64,000 nucleotides of DNA from Prevotella sp. (GTDB lineage: Bacteria; Bacteroidota; Bacteroidia; Bacteroidales; Dysgonomonadaceae). Position 1 is the stretch's first letter. Each line of letters begins with the position of its first letter. Shown here piece after piece: positions 30,757 to 40,933 of the stretch. The notes below the pieces were generated by a model that was given only the letters and a program-made list of their open reading frames with translations, made no database searches and was not told the DNA's origin. The stretch spans positions 224,001 through 288,000 of the forward strand of contig JAITVV010000095.1 in assembly GCA_031285625.1 (NCBI GenBank), given 5' to 3'. The position numbers and the translations under genes were made by a program.

Positions 30757-32634
30757 TTACATATATTCACTTAGTTCCATCCAGCGCATTGTTTTTTCAT
30801 CTATTTCATCCATCAGTTCACTTATGCGGTTCGACTTTGCCAACAGGTCATCTGAAGATAATATGCCGCTGGATAATTCATTTTCAAGTATCGATTTTTC
30901 TTCTTCCAGTTTTGGTATCAGAGCATCCAGTTCTTCAAACTCACGTTTCTCTTTGAATGAAAGCTTTTTCTTTTCCTCCGGTTTTGATTGTACAACTTGT
31001 GGTTTTTCTTCTTTGGGTCTGGCTACCTGTATTTTCTCTTTTTCCAGAGAGTCCTGCACCTCTTTCCACTCCCTGTATTCAGTATAGTTGCCCGGGAAAT
31101 CTTTTATCTGGGCATTTCCCTGAAAAGCAAGCAGATGGTCCACTACCTTATCCATAAAGTAGCGGTCATGCGATACCACAATCACACAACCTTTGAATTG
31201 CTGCAGATACTCTTCGAGTATATTTAGTGTTACAATATCGAGATCGTTGGTAGGCTCGTCCAGTACAAGAAAGTTAGGATTGGTGATCAGCACCGTACAG
31301 AGGTAGAGTCGGCGTTTCTCACCACCCGATAGCTTGTACACAAAGTTATGCTGTTTCTCTGGCGGAAAGAGGAAATGTTGCAGAAACTGCGATGCTGTAA
31401 GACGGCTTCCATTCCCCAGGTCTATAACTTCTGCAATATTCTGTATCACATCGAGCACCTTCATCTGTTCGTCAAACTTCAGCCCATCCTGGCTGTAATA
31501 CCCGAATTTTACGGTTTCGCCAATATCAAAGTCTCCTTTGTCGGGGGCTACTTCACCCATCAGCATTTTTATGAAGGTCGATTTTCCGGTACCGTTATTA
31601 CCTACTATACCCAGTTTTTCGTAGCGGGCAAATACATAATTAAAATCTTCGAGTATCTTAATATCGCCAAAGGCTTTATATACATGTTCGGCTTCGAAAA
31701 TCTTGTTACCGATGTATGCCCCTTTCATTTGTAGCTGTACATTGCCTGCATCGCGCACCTGTTTGGCTTTTTTCTCCAGATCATAAAATGCATCAATTCG
31801 CGATTTGACTTTTGTTGCCCGTGCCTGAGGCTGGCGGCGCATCCATTCCAATTCTTTGCGCAACAGGTTGTTTGCCCTGTCCAGTTCTGCATTTTGTGCG
31901 CTGATACGTTCATCCCTTTTCTCAAGATAGTAAGAATAGTTACCTTTATATTGATAGAGTTGCTGCTGATCTATTTCGATAATTTCATTGCACACCCTGT
32001 CGAGGAAATAACGGTCGTGCGTTACCATCAGCAAGCTGAGGCGCGAACGTTGCAGATAGCCTTCGAGCCACTCCACCATATCCAGATCGAGGTGATTGGT
32101 AGGCTCGTCGAGAATAATCAGGTCGGGCTCGGTTATCAGTACGTTTGCCAAGGCTACACGTTTGAGCTGACCTCCCGAAAGTTCAGCTATTTTCTGGTCA
32201 AAATCCGTAATCTTAAGTTGAGCCAGAATCTGTTTTGCACGATGCTCGTAGTCCCATGCCTGTAATACATCCATCTTTTGCAGAATGGCGTCCAGATTGG
32301 AATGATCTTTCGAGTTAATTACTTTTTCATATTCGGCAATAAGGTCGGTTACTTCATTCCCTGAATGGAAGCATGCTTCCAATACACTCAGTTCTTCGGG
32401 ATAGGAAGGGTCCTGCTCCAGATATGCCACACGCAGGTCGCGACGGAAAACAACAGCGCCACCATCATACGACTCTTTTCCTACCAGGATATTTAATAAT
32501 GTTGTTTTACCCGAACCGTTTTTAGCTATTAATCCAATCCGTTCGCCTTCGGCAATACCGAACGATATATCACGAAACAGGACTAAGTCGCCAAAACTTT
32601 TTGTTAATCCTTCTACTTGCAGGAAAGATGCCAT
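30757..32634 (-). CDS. ABC-F family ATPase (Uup-like)
   Basis: Two ABC cassettes (NGSGKTT, LSGGQ, DEPTNHLD; NGTGKST, LSGGE, DEPTNDLD), no TM domain, C-terminal coiled coil ending RWMELS. Confidence 0.93.
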   Translation of the reverse strand: MASFLQVEGLTKSFGDLVLFRDISFGIAEGERIGLIAKNGSGKTTLLNILVGKESYDGGAVVFRRDLRVAYLEQDPSYPEELSVLEACFHSGNEVTDLIAEYEKVINSKDHSNLDAILQKMDVLQAWDYEHRAKQILAQLKITDFDQKIAELSGGQLKRVALANVLITEPDLIILDEPTNHLDLDMVEWLEGYLQRSRLSLLMVTHDRYFLDRVCNEIIEIDQQQLYQYKGNYSYYLEKRDERISAQNAELDRANNLLRKELEWMRRQPQARATKVKSRIDAFYDLEKKAKQVRDAGNVQLQMKGAYIGNKIFEAEHVYKAFGDIKILEDFNYVFARYEKLGIVGNNGTGKSTFIKMLMGEVAPDKGDFDIGETVKFGYYSQDGLKFDEQMKVLDVIQNIAEVIDLGNGSRLTASQFLQHFLFPPEKQHNFVYKLSGGEKRRLYLCTVLITNPNFLVLDEPTNDLDIVTLNILEEYLQQFKGCVIVVSHDRYFMDKVVDHLLAFQGNAQIKDFPGNYTEYREWKEVQDSLEKEKIQVARPKEEKPQVVQSKPEEKKKLSFKEKREFEELDALIPKLEEEKSILENELSSGILSSDDLLAKSNRISELMDEIDEKTMRWMELSEYM

Positions 32635-32642
32635 ATAATTAA

Positions 32643-33140
32643 TTATGAATTTGTTGTAAGTAAAAATTTATTAAAGAAAGAAGGCAGATTATCAGCTATA
32701 AGTTCCGGAATTTCATATTCGGGCTCATATCCGTGATAGATCTTACCATAATTTTCATTATTTACACATATAGCAATATAGGTATATTCTCCTTTTACCG
32801 ACATAAAGAAAGGGATATAATTATTCCAGAATTCTTCAATCTCGGCTTTCATATCCTTATCTGCATAGGTCAGGCTGTCCATTTCGAATGTATTCCATAC
32901 AAAGGCATCGTCTACTTTGCCATATTCCTGTTTATAATCCTTATACGACAAAAACCATTCTGTTTCGTCCTGCGATAAAGCTTCAGAAAAAGATGAGATA
33001 AACTCAATAAACTCCTTTGGCGCTTTTGCCAATCTCTTTGTAGCCAAAGAGGGTAGTGATATTGCAGGCCTGTTTACCGTTGTAAAATCCACAGTCCATT
33101 TCAGGTCGGTCAATCTATTTAAGAATGTGTTTGTATCCAT
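32643..33140 (-). CDS. SMI1/KNR4 (SUKH) family immunity-like protein
   Basis: P.EFIEFI, FW..YIPFFMS..GEY.Y.AI....YGKIYHG.EPEYE....IA..L..FF pattern. Confidence 0.65.
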   Translation of the reverse strand: MDTNTFLNRLTDLKWTVDFTTVNRPAISLPSLATKRLAKAPKEFIEFISSFSEALSQDETEWFLSYKDYKQEYGKVDDAFVWNTFEMDSLTYADKDMKAEIEEFWNNYIPFFMSVKGEYTYIAICVNNENYGKIYHGYEPEYEIPELIADNLPSFFNKFLLTTNS

Positions 33141-33296
33141 AACCTTAATGCATAATGATGTTTACAAAGGTAACTAAAAAGAAATAGTTTAGTATTTACA
33201 GTGCCTTTTCTCTTTATTTTTTATTGAATAAGATATGGAAAAGGGATGAAAACCTTAGCCATTTTAATTATTTTTGCCTCCCTACAATATTCTATT

Positions 33297-34103
33297 ATGA
33301 TAATAAAGGATAAAAAGCCGGACTTATTCGAAAAAACCGAGTGCAATATATGGACTGACCCATATATTCAGAAACAAATGCTTAAAGAGCATCTGAACTT
33401 CTCGTCTGACGCGGCAAGCAGGAAAAAGGAATCTATACAGAAAATTACAGATTTTATTCTGAAAAATACCTGTGCCGGAGGTAATCTGCTTGATCTTGGA
33501 TGCGGGCCTGGCCTGTATACTTCAATTTTTCACGACAAAGGTTATACCGTTACCGGAATAGATTTTAACAAGGCATCTATAGAGTATGCCAAGCAGGAAA
33601 ACCAAGATATCAATTACATATTAGGCGACTATATAGAAAGCTATCCGGAAGATAAATTCGATACGGCCATCATGATTTATTGTGATTTCGGAACTTTCTC
33701 CGATGCGGATCGTGACAAGCTGCTAAGAGATATTTTTCATTCCCTCAGCAAAGGCGGAAAGTTCATTTTTGATATCTTTACAGAAGAACTTACCCAAAGT
33801 AAGCAAGTTCCTAAAGATTGGGATTATGCCCCGACAGGAGGTTTCTGGAGCGAAAACGAATATTTGTTACTAGTCCAAACATTCCATTACCCCGAAAATA
33901 AAGCATTTGCCGAGCAATATAATTTACTGAGCGATGATAAGGTAAAACACTTTGTCGTTTGGAACAGATATTATAACGAACAGGAAATAACAGAGGTATT
34001 AAAAACTGTTGGTTTCGGGAATGTAACCATTCATAAAAATATAACAAACACTAATAATTTTACATCTGGAAACGAAATATTCGTTGTTGCCGAAAAAGAC
34101 TAG
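33297..34103 (+). CDS. Class I SAM-dependent methyltransferase
   Basis: LLDLGCGPGLY, VTGIDF. Start 33297 is supported by a TATTTTTG element at 33269-33276. Confidence 0.9.
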   Translation: MIIKDKKPDLFEKTECNIWTDPYIQKQMLKEHLNFSSDAASRKKESIQKITDFILKNTCAGGNLLDLGCGPGLYTSIFHDKGYTVTGIDFNKASIEYAKQENQDINYILGDYIESYPEDKFDTAIMIYCDFGTFSDADRDKLLRDIFHSLSKGGKFIFDIFTEELTQSKQVPKDWDYAPTGGFWSENEYLLLVQTFHYPENKAFAEQYNLLSDDKVKHFVVWNRYYNEQEITEVLKTVGFGNVTIHKNITNTNNFTSGNEIFVVAEKD

Positions 34104-34186
34104 GAAAATTTTAATAACTTTGAACTATCCTGACATTAAACAGCTTTTTTAAGCAGAAAACAAGAAACTAATTACATATTTATACT

Positions 34187-35062
34187 ATGGACACAAACTT
34201 TTCTATTACTGATTTATTCAAATATTGGGACACACTCACACAATATATAAATCCTGTCACCATCATACTTTGGGGAATCATAGGTGGAATAGTAGGCTTT
34301 GCTCTATTTGTAATTGTGGAAGCCATCCTGCGAAAAAGGATTCTTATTCGCCGACGCCACTGGAGCCTCAAATATCTGGCATATGCCTATATGGTATTTT
34401 TTCCGTTGCTGGGTGGATTCTGCTTCAGTCAATGGTTTGCCCTGCACCGTTGTAAGCAGGAACTTGTAAAAAATATTCCGACCTATCTGGGTGATGCTAA
34501 TTCGGCATTCAATACCTACCTGAAAGATGAAGTTATAAAGGTCATTGATGCAAGGCATCTTCAACTCTCCGGACATGAAATCATAGACAAAGCGGCAACT
34601 GTTGCCGGCAGCACGGTAAGTACACAACTCAAAGAAATATCCGCGACCAATGATACTACACTGACAGCCAAAGCATCTTCCTATCTTCTTAGTAAAGCCG
34701 CAGAAACCGAAGTGGTGAGAAACATGGCGGTATCGTATGTAGAAAAAAAGCTGGGAGAAACAGTGATGATGGACGAAAATATGACCAATGATGTATTAAA
34801 TGTCAAAGTAGAGAATATTCTTGAAGATGGAGTATTGAATACACTGCTCGAAAAATACATCAAAAATATATTTGGTGGTCTAAAGATGAACGTTGTACTT
34901 ATACTCCTCATCGGTCTGGTTATACCTGCAGCTGAAATCATTCTGGCACATTTTCTGGAAAAGAAACGTCTAAAAGCAGAAGCTGCTATTATACCTACTC
35001 CGGTAATGCCTCCGGCACCTTCTGTGCAAGCTATGGAAGAAGATAACCAACAGCCTGAGTGA
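34187..35062 (+). CDS. Hypothetical membrane protein
   Basis: 291 aa with three hydrophobic segments. Confidence 0.7.
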   Translation: MDTNFSITDLFKYWDTLTQYINPVTIILWGIIGGIVGFALFVIVEAILRKRILIRRRHWSLKYLAYAYMVFFPLLGGFCFSQWFALHRCKQELVKNIPTYLGDANSAFNTYLKDEVIKVIDARHLQLSGHEIIDKAATVAGSTVSTQLKEISATNDTTLTAKASSYLLSKAAETEVVRNMAVSYVEKKLGETVMMDENMTNDVLNVKVENILEDGVLNTLLEKYIKNIFGGLKMNVVLILLIGLVIPAAEIILAHFLEKKRLKAEAAIIPTPVMPPAPSVQAMEEDNQQPE

Positions 35063-35250
35063 TATTTTTTTTAAATAGCTGATATTTTTCATAGGGTTTT
35101 TGTTTTCTGACCGATCTTAATAGATATAGGTCATTATTATCTATTGAGAACAAATCTTGGACGGAAAAGTACAATTCCGCTACGTTATAGATATGTCTTC
35201 TTTAAAATAAAGGTTTGGTTAATTAATAGGTTCGGAGGGTTGGTCACCCT

Positions 35251-35286
35251 AAAAAAAGGATGCTTAGGCTACAGGCATCCTTTTTC
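35251..35286. terminator. Bidirectional intrinsic terminator
   Basis: AAAAAAAGGATGC-loop-GCATCCTTTTT between convergent genes. Confidence 0.7.
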
Positions 35287-35300
35287 ATGTTATAATAATA

Positions 35301-35999
35301 CTACAATGCAGCAAACAACTGATGTACAATAGGGATAAGCAAAGCCGTCATAACTCCCATAAGCCCGATTGCCAGGCCACTGAGAGCACCTTCTATTACA
35401 CCCATCTCCATAGCTTTGGCTGTGCCCACACCGTGTGCTGAAGCTCCCATAGCCAAACCTTTGGCTACACTGCTTTTAATACCAAGCAGGCGTAGTATCG
35501 GAGGTCCTACAATACTACCGAATATACCACAAAACAAAACAATAACAGCAGTAAGTGATACATTTCCGCCCGATTGTTCGGCAATACTCATAGCAATAGG
35601 AGTAGTGACGGATTTTGGTTCGAGGCTGTGGATCAGCATTTCATCTGCACCTGTTATTTTAGCCAGCAGGATAACACTCATTATACCCACTATGCTTCCC
35701 ATAAAGATGGATGTAAGAATGGATACGACATTCCCCTTGAGGTATGACAGCTGCTCATACAAAACATATCCTAATGCCACTACGGATGGTCCCAGCATAA
35801 AACTTACAAACTGGCTGCCTTGCTCGAATGTTTTATAATCAATACCCGTAACTTTCAGGAAAATGATAATAATAGCAATGGCAATAATAAGAGGGTGCAG
35901 CAACCCCAGTTTTGTCTTTTTGAAAACCCATTGCCCAAACAGATAACTACCGAATATAAGCAACAGGATAAACTCGGTGGATTCAAATAATGTCCTCAT
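35301..35999 (-). CDS. lrgB: LrgB family protein
   Basis: LGPSVVALG, PKSVTTPIAM, GASAHGVGTAKA. Confidence 0.93.
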   Translation of the reverse strand: MRTLFESTEFILLLIFGSYLFGQWVFKKTKLGLLHPLIIAIAIIIIFLKVTGIDYKTFEQGSQFVSFMLGPSVVALGYVLYEQLSYLKGNVVSILTSIFMGSIVGIMSVILLAKITGADEMLIHSLEPKSVTTPIAMSIAEQSGGNVSLTAVIVLFCGIFGSIVGPPILRLLGIKSSVAKGLAMGASAHGVGTAKAMEMGVIEGALSGLAIGLMGVMTALLIPIVHQLFAAL

Positions 36000-36343
36000 C
36001 TTTTCTTTCCCTCCATCCGTTGTTGAACAATAGCAACCACCACAATCACCAGAATAGTACTCACCGAACAGATAATAAGGATAGACATCCAGAATTTACT
36101 GATCAGCCCGTAAGAGCCCAACAGTCCGGCTCCAGCAGGAATAAAGAAAATAGCCATATTGCGGGTAAAGGCATTGGCCACATCTTGCACATAATCTGGT
36201 TTGATAGCTTTGAAGTAGAGACTGAGGAATAATAAGATCATTCCGATAATACTTCCGGGCACAAAACCGCTCATCAGGTAGCTGATTCCCTGTCCCAGAA
36301 AATAAAACAGAAGAATGATAAAGATACCTTTTACCATTTTCAT
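35996..36343 (-). CDS. CidA/LrgA family holin-like protein
   Basis: VPGSIIGMILLF, MAIFFIPAGAGL; overlaps lrgB. Confidence 0.92.
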   Translation of the reverse strand: MKMVKGIFIILLFYFLGQGISYLMSGFVPGSIIGMILLFLSLYFKAIKPDYVQDVANAFTRNMAIFFIPAGAGLLGSYGLISKFWMSILIICSVSTILVIVVVAIVQQRMEGKKR

Positions 36344-36679
36344 ATTCGCAAATTTTTAATAGTGAAGCTCACATATCACTATAGTCACTTCACACGATAA
36401 CCTTCTTCTAATTAACCTGAGTGCAAAGGTAGATGTTTTTTTTGTTACTGATGAGGTTTAGTGTTTTTTTATTATGAATGTTTATACTGCTTTGTCATCT
36501 TGTATGCACAACTGTCGATAAATTAAACTTTTGCTTCATTTTATAGAATGTTTTTCAACTACAGATTCGTATTATTCTTTATTTTCACCCTATATTTGGG
36601 CTTTGTCCTAAAGTATACTCGTTAATGAGTGTTTATATGGATGTTGACGGAGAGCAAGGAGATTGATTTTATAACTGAT

Positions 36680-37378
36680 ATGGAAAACAAGCAAAAACTA
36701 AATATAAAAGACTGGGCCGAAGAAGACCGCCCCCGCGAGAAAATGTTGCTGAAAGGTGTAGCTGCGCTATCCGATGCCGAGTTGCTGGGTATCCTCATCG
36801 GATCGGGAAACAAAAACGAAACAGCTGTAGAATTAGCACAACGGATACTTCACAGTGCGGGTAATAACCTCAACGTCTTGGGAAAGCTTGAGATAAAAGA
36901 CCTTATCAAAAACTTTAACGGGATAGGAGAAGCCAAAGCAATAACTATTGTGGCTGCTCTGGAACTTGGCAAACGACGAAAACTGTCCGAAGCAGTTACA
37001 CAGCCTCAGATCACTTCCAGCGAGAGTGTTTATCAGATATTTCATCCCATACTGGCAGACCTCAAACACGAAGAAGTCTGGGTATTGCTACTCAACAGAG
37101 CCAATAAAGTGCTAAAAAAGATACAAGTAAGTAAAGGTGGCGTAGCCGGAACTGTAGTCGATATCCGCATGATTATGAAAGAGGCGATAGACTCCCTGGC
37201 ATCAGCCATGATTCTTTGCCACAATCATCCGTCCGGCAACTCACAACCCAGCGGAGATGACGATCAGATTACAAAACGGCTCAAAGAGGCCGGTTACCTG
37301 ATGGATATCCGCCTGCTAGATCATGTTATCGTTTGCGATCACTCCTATTATAGCTATATGGACAAAGGAAAATTATAA
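36680..37378 (+). CDS. radC: RadC family JAB-domain protein
   Basis: DRPREK, LSDAELL, HNHPSG, SGDD, LLDHVI. Confidence 0.95.
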   Translation: MENKQKLNIKDWAEEDRPREKMLLKGVAALSDAELLGILIGSGNKNETAVELAQRILHSAGNNLNVLGKLEIKDLIKNFNGIGEAKAITIVAALELGKRRKLSEAVTQPQITSSESVYQIFHPILADLKHEEVWVLLLNRANKVLKKIQVSKGGVAGTVVDIRMIMKEAIDSLASAMILCHNHPSGNSQPSGDDDQITKRLKEAGYLMDIRLLDHVIVCDHSYYSYMDKGKL

Positions 37379-37379
37379 G

Positions 37380-37943
37380 ATGAGACTAACAGCCATTATA
37401 TTATTATTCACTATTTCAATGTCCTTTTACGGACAAGCCGTGTTTCTGGACGATGAAGAATCGGAATGCATCTTTATCGGCAGTGTTTCAGATACCTCAG
37501 TAAAAGTATGGAACAAAAACAAAGAAGCTATTGAGTGGAAAACCATAGCACAGATCGGGCTATGGGATCATTTACAATCCACAGCCTTTACTTCAACAGT
37601 ATTTGATGCAGGGCTTTCTTTCCATGCCGAAGGAGATGAACCGTTCTGGGGAGCAGAGATCAAAAGAGATTCCTTAATATTTGTAGATCCCGATACGGGC
37701 AACAAAGTTTCCTATAAACTTAAAATAGATGTTAACGACTTTATAGATAACAGTTTCTCATTTATGTTCAGCTGCAATGATGAAAACATCTATGGCTTGG
37801 TAAGGGGATACTCCTATTATCCAAAAGAATTGAGAGTATGCGAACTCTGTATTTGTGAAGAAACATCTCTATACGAAGTATTCATCATTTACAAAGGACA
37901 TCTGTATAAAGGGTGTGCCAAAATAGAAACAACCAATAGGTAA
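37380..37943 (+). CDS. Hypothetical exported protein
   Basis: Signal peptide from ATG at 37380; G.EPFW and YKGCA motifs. Confidence 0.6.
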   Translation: MRLTAIILLFTISMSFYGQAVFLDDEESECIFIGSVSDTSVKVWNKNKEAIEWKTIAQIGLWDHLQSTAFTSTVFDAGLSFHAEGDEPFWGAEIKRDSLIFVDPDTGNKVSYKLKIDVNDFIDNSFSFMFSCNDENIYGLVRGYSYYPKELRVCELCICEETSLYEVFIIYKGHLYKGCAKIETTNR

Positions 37944-38112
37944 CCGGATGTGTTAAAACATTCTCTTTTTGACAAGTATATCAATCTTTAAATATAAACC
38001 GTCAAATAAGCATACCATTACCAAATAAAAATTCTATATTTGTAACTGATCTTAACAGAGATGCTCCGTGCCGGAGATAAACTTAACAAATGCCTGAAAA
38101 AATTAACTTATT

Positions 38113-38925
38113 ATGAAAAAATTATTTTATTTATTCTTCACAGTTCTTCTGTTGGCCGGTTTCGTATCATGTAGTGACGACGATGATAATAGCATAAAAT
38201 TTTATGTTGCCGAATCTTACAATGCAGAGGGCACTCCTAATCTGGTACTGGCAGAATCTTTGTCTGCAAATATAGGTTCGGGTCGCGATATTTATATCAA
38301 AGGAGGAAACGGAACTTATACTGTTACCTCAGACAATGATAATATAGCTGTTGTAGAACCGTATGCTGAGGTATCGAATACATTTTTCATTTCTACAAAA
38401 AAGGAATTAGGATCTACTACAATCCGGGTTAAAGATGGTAACAATATTCAGGCCTCGATTACTATATCTGTAAACCGCTATAAAATACAATATTCGGTAG
38501 CAGAAGCTTATACATATATTGAACTGAAAGAAGGAATTACTCTGGATGAGAATATAAAGAAAGAAATAGAAGATGAAATAGCAGAGCGTGTAATCCCTGT
38601 TGGTAATGCATTAACTTTAACATACGACAAACCGGGGTCGGGAGACCTGAGTATTACTAAAAGCGGTACTTCGGTGTATACAGGAACTTTTATCGAAACA
38701 AAAAATGAAGAGAAAAGTTGGTTTAATATTGATGCAAAATATAACAATAACGAATTCCACTATCTTGTTACAAGACTTGAAAATCTGATTAAAAAGTCTA
38801 CAGGTCCTGTTTATTTAGATCTGGTAGAAGATATGACAGATGTGTATAAGGAAAAATATCCGGATGCAAATCTGACAAAAGTATATGCAGTAATGAATGT
38901 TCTGTATACTTATAATCCTCAGTAA
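38113..38925 (+). CDS. Hypothetical lipoprotein (Ig-like)
   Basis: Lipobox FVSC-SDDDD; IKGGNGTYTVTS. Confidence 0.75.
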   Translation: MKKLFYLFFTVLLLAGFVSCSDDDDNSIKFYVAESYNAEGTPNLVLAESLSANIGSGRDIYIKGGNGTYTVTSDNDNIAVVEPYAEVSNTFFISTKKELGSTTIRVKDGNNIQASITISVNRYKIQYSVAEAYTYIELKEGITLDENIKKEIEDEIAERVIPVGNALTLTYDKPGSGDLSITKSGTSVYTGTFIETKNEEKSWFNIDAKYNNNEFHYLVTRLENLIKKSTGPVYLDLVEDMTDVYKEKYPDANLTKVYAVMNVLYTYNPQ

Positions 38926-39070
38926 TTTAAGTTTAGTTACTATATATTGTTAGGAACACAACTTTACGGCTTGTGTCGGAAAATGTAGCTTGTTTGACTA
39001 TATATCGAAAATTTAGTACGTAAACAATCAACCTTCCGGCACAAGTTTGCTATACAAAGAGATAACAGAA

Positions 39071-39523
39071 ATGGAAAAAACAGCCTCCCAAATACAGAAA
39101 GAACGAATAGAAGAAATAGAGCATAGAGCTTCACAATTATTAGATAAATGCAATACGGTAACACTTGCCTCGATCAACGAAAATGGCTACCCGCGCATAT
39201 GTGCCATATCGAAGATAAGATCGAATGGTTTTAAGGAGATTTACTTTATCACCTCTAAACGATCGAAATATAATGGCAAAATGACACACTTTGAGAATAA
39301 TCCCAAAGCCAGTGTTTGTTACTTCTTCGAAGGAGATAGTGTAAGCCTTATCGGCAATATTGAGATAATAAAAGATACAGAATTGCAAAGCCAGCTCTGG
39401 CGCGAATCCGACAGGCGTTTCTTTAGTAAAGGTATAGAAGATCCTAAGTTCAGGCTATTACGCTTCCGCACTATAGAGGCTACCTTTTGGATAGAAGGAA
39501 AGTTCAGAACATGTAAGTATTAA
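39071..39523 (+). CDS. Pyridoxamine 5'-phosphate oxidase-like (general stress) protein
   Basis: TLASINENGYPR, NPKASVC, G..DP motifs. Confidence 0.82.
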   Translation: MEKTASQIQKERIEEIEHRASQLLDKCNTVTLASINENGYPRICAISKIRSNGFKEIYFITSKRSKYNGKMTHFENNPKASVCYFFEGDSVSLIGNIEIIKDTELQSQLWRESDRRFFSKGIEDPKFRLLRFRTIEATFWIEGKFRTCKY

Positions 39524-39542
39524 CATGTAATTGAACTCGCAA

Positions 39543-40832
39543 CTACTTCTCTATCTTAAAAAACATTTTTCTGAAATTGAAGATCACTTTATCAAACTTA
39601 TTGATAAAGTCTGTGCCAAGTGTACCATCACGTTCTCCTATCATCAGCGGTTCGGTAAGTACTGTAACATTAGGTAATATACAATGGGTATTGGCTATCG
39701 ACAGGGTAAACTCTGGTATCTTATACGATGGTATGCGCTTAGCACCGCCAAATCCACCGATACCTATCGAATCTTTTTTACCGGTAGATTCTACCTGTTG
39801 TTTGTTTTCGTTGTAATATTTTGCTGACAGGATGATACCACCACCAGTATCGAAGTGAAACTGTAGCTTTTTATTATCCGCTGTAGCTTCAATATATGGT
39901 TGCCCGTTGAGGAGCACAAGATTCCTCCCAGTGGGCGGAACATCCGATTCTTTAGCCGGAAATACAATTTTCCGTTCTTTTGGGTAAATCTGGAATTCCC
40001 CTATCTGGTCCATAAAATATCGTCCCAGCACAGCACTAACACGCCCGATAACGCTATCCTTATAGGTGATCTCGGCTTTGTCTGCAACCAGAAACGATAT
40101 ATTCTTATACACAATATCCCCGATTTTAAGACTGTCTACGAAGCCTATCTTGGTATACGCCGAATGAGTTACTCCTCCTGTAAGTATAGAATCTCCAATA
40201 ATACGTATACCGTTCTCTTTTGCGAAATCCATGGATACAAACCCCTGGCTGTCTGCTCCGGTATCGAAGATAAAAGGTGATTGTTTACCATTTATTTCAA
40301 CATCTATCCTAATCTGGTTTATCGTATCTTTTAAGATTGGAATCGTACAATCTTTATCGGGCCTGATAATTTCACTTTTGGGATAGTTTTTGAGTATTTG
40401 CGCTTTTTTGTTTAGTTCTCTGAGTGCTGATATGGTCTGTGGCTGGGCATAGGTAATTACATCGGGCTGCCCCAATAAGCCGCTCAAGGTGTTTGCGGCT
40501 TCTGTGTACCTTCCCAGCTTCAGCAGGTTGTTGCTCTGCAGGGCTATCATGCCCAGTATATTCTCAAATCCGAGCTCTGCCTGTAGGTTCTGGACTATGT
40601 AACCAACTGTTTCTACTGCATCTGCCGGATCACTAAATGCATCTTCGAGTAATGCCTTTCCCAGATATTTGAGAGCCGGGTGAAGGCTGTCTTTTACTAA
40701 CGGATATTGCCTGTCCAATTCAAAGTAATCGGTATTATTTATCAGTGTACCTATTCTTTCATCAGGGCTTTGACCAAGAATATTCACTGATATGAATATG
40801 AAAAACATGAATATAGCAACAGGCTTTCTCAT
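39543..40832 (-). CDS. Exported retropepsin-like aspartyl protease (two domains)
   Basis: Signal peptide; FIFDTGA and FHFDTGG catalytic motifs; GTLGTDF. Confidence 0.85.
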   Translation of the reverse strand: MRKPVAIFMFFIFISVNILGQSPDERIGTLINNTDYFELDRQYPLVKDSLHPALKYLGKALLEDAFSDPADAVETVGYIVQNLQAELGFENILGMIALQSNNLLKLGRYTEAANTLSGLLGQPDVITYAQPQTISALRELNKKAQILKNYPKSEIIRPDKDCTIPILKDTINQIRIDVEINGKQSPFIFDTGADSQGFVSMDFAKENGIRIIGDSILTGGVTHSAYTKIGFVDSLKIGDIVYKNISFLVADKAEITYKDSVIGRVSAVLGRYFMDQIGEFQIYPKERKIVFPAKESDVPPTGRNLVLLNGQPYIEATADNKKLQFHFDTGGGIILSAKYYNENKQQVESTGKKDSIGIGGFGGAKRIPSYKIPEFTLSIANTHCILPNVTVLTEPLMIGERDGTLGTDFINKFDKVIFNFRKMFFKIEK

Positions 40833-40933
40833 GATATTTACTTTTATTACTCTAAATTTAGTAAATATTTTAATTCAGAATAATAATTTTGTTCTTTTGC
40901 CTTAACTTTATACCACTAATATATGATGCTCCG

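Noticed and set aside
35063-35250. Possible sRNA upstream of the bidirectional terminator
   Set aside because: Only weak hairpins and no clear promoter; insufficient support.
36680-37378. radC as a marker of a mobile element
   Set aside because: It is the full-length chromosomal type with the N-terminal HhH region, in a housekeeping context.
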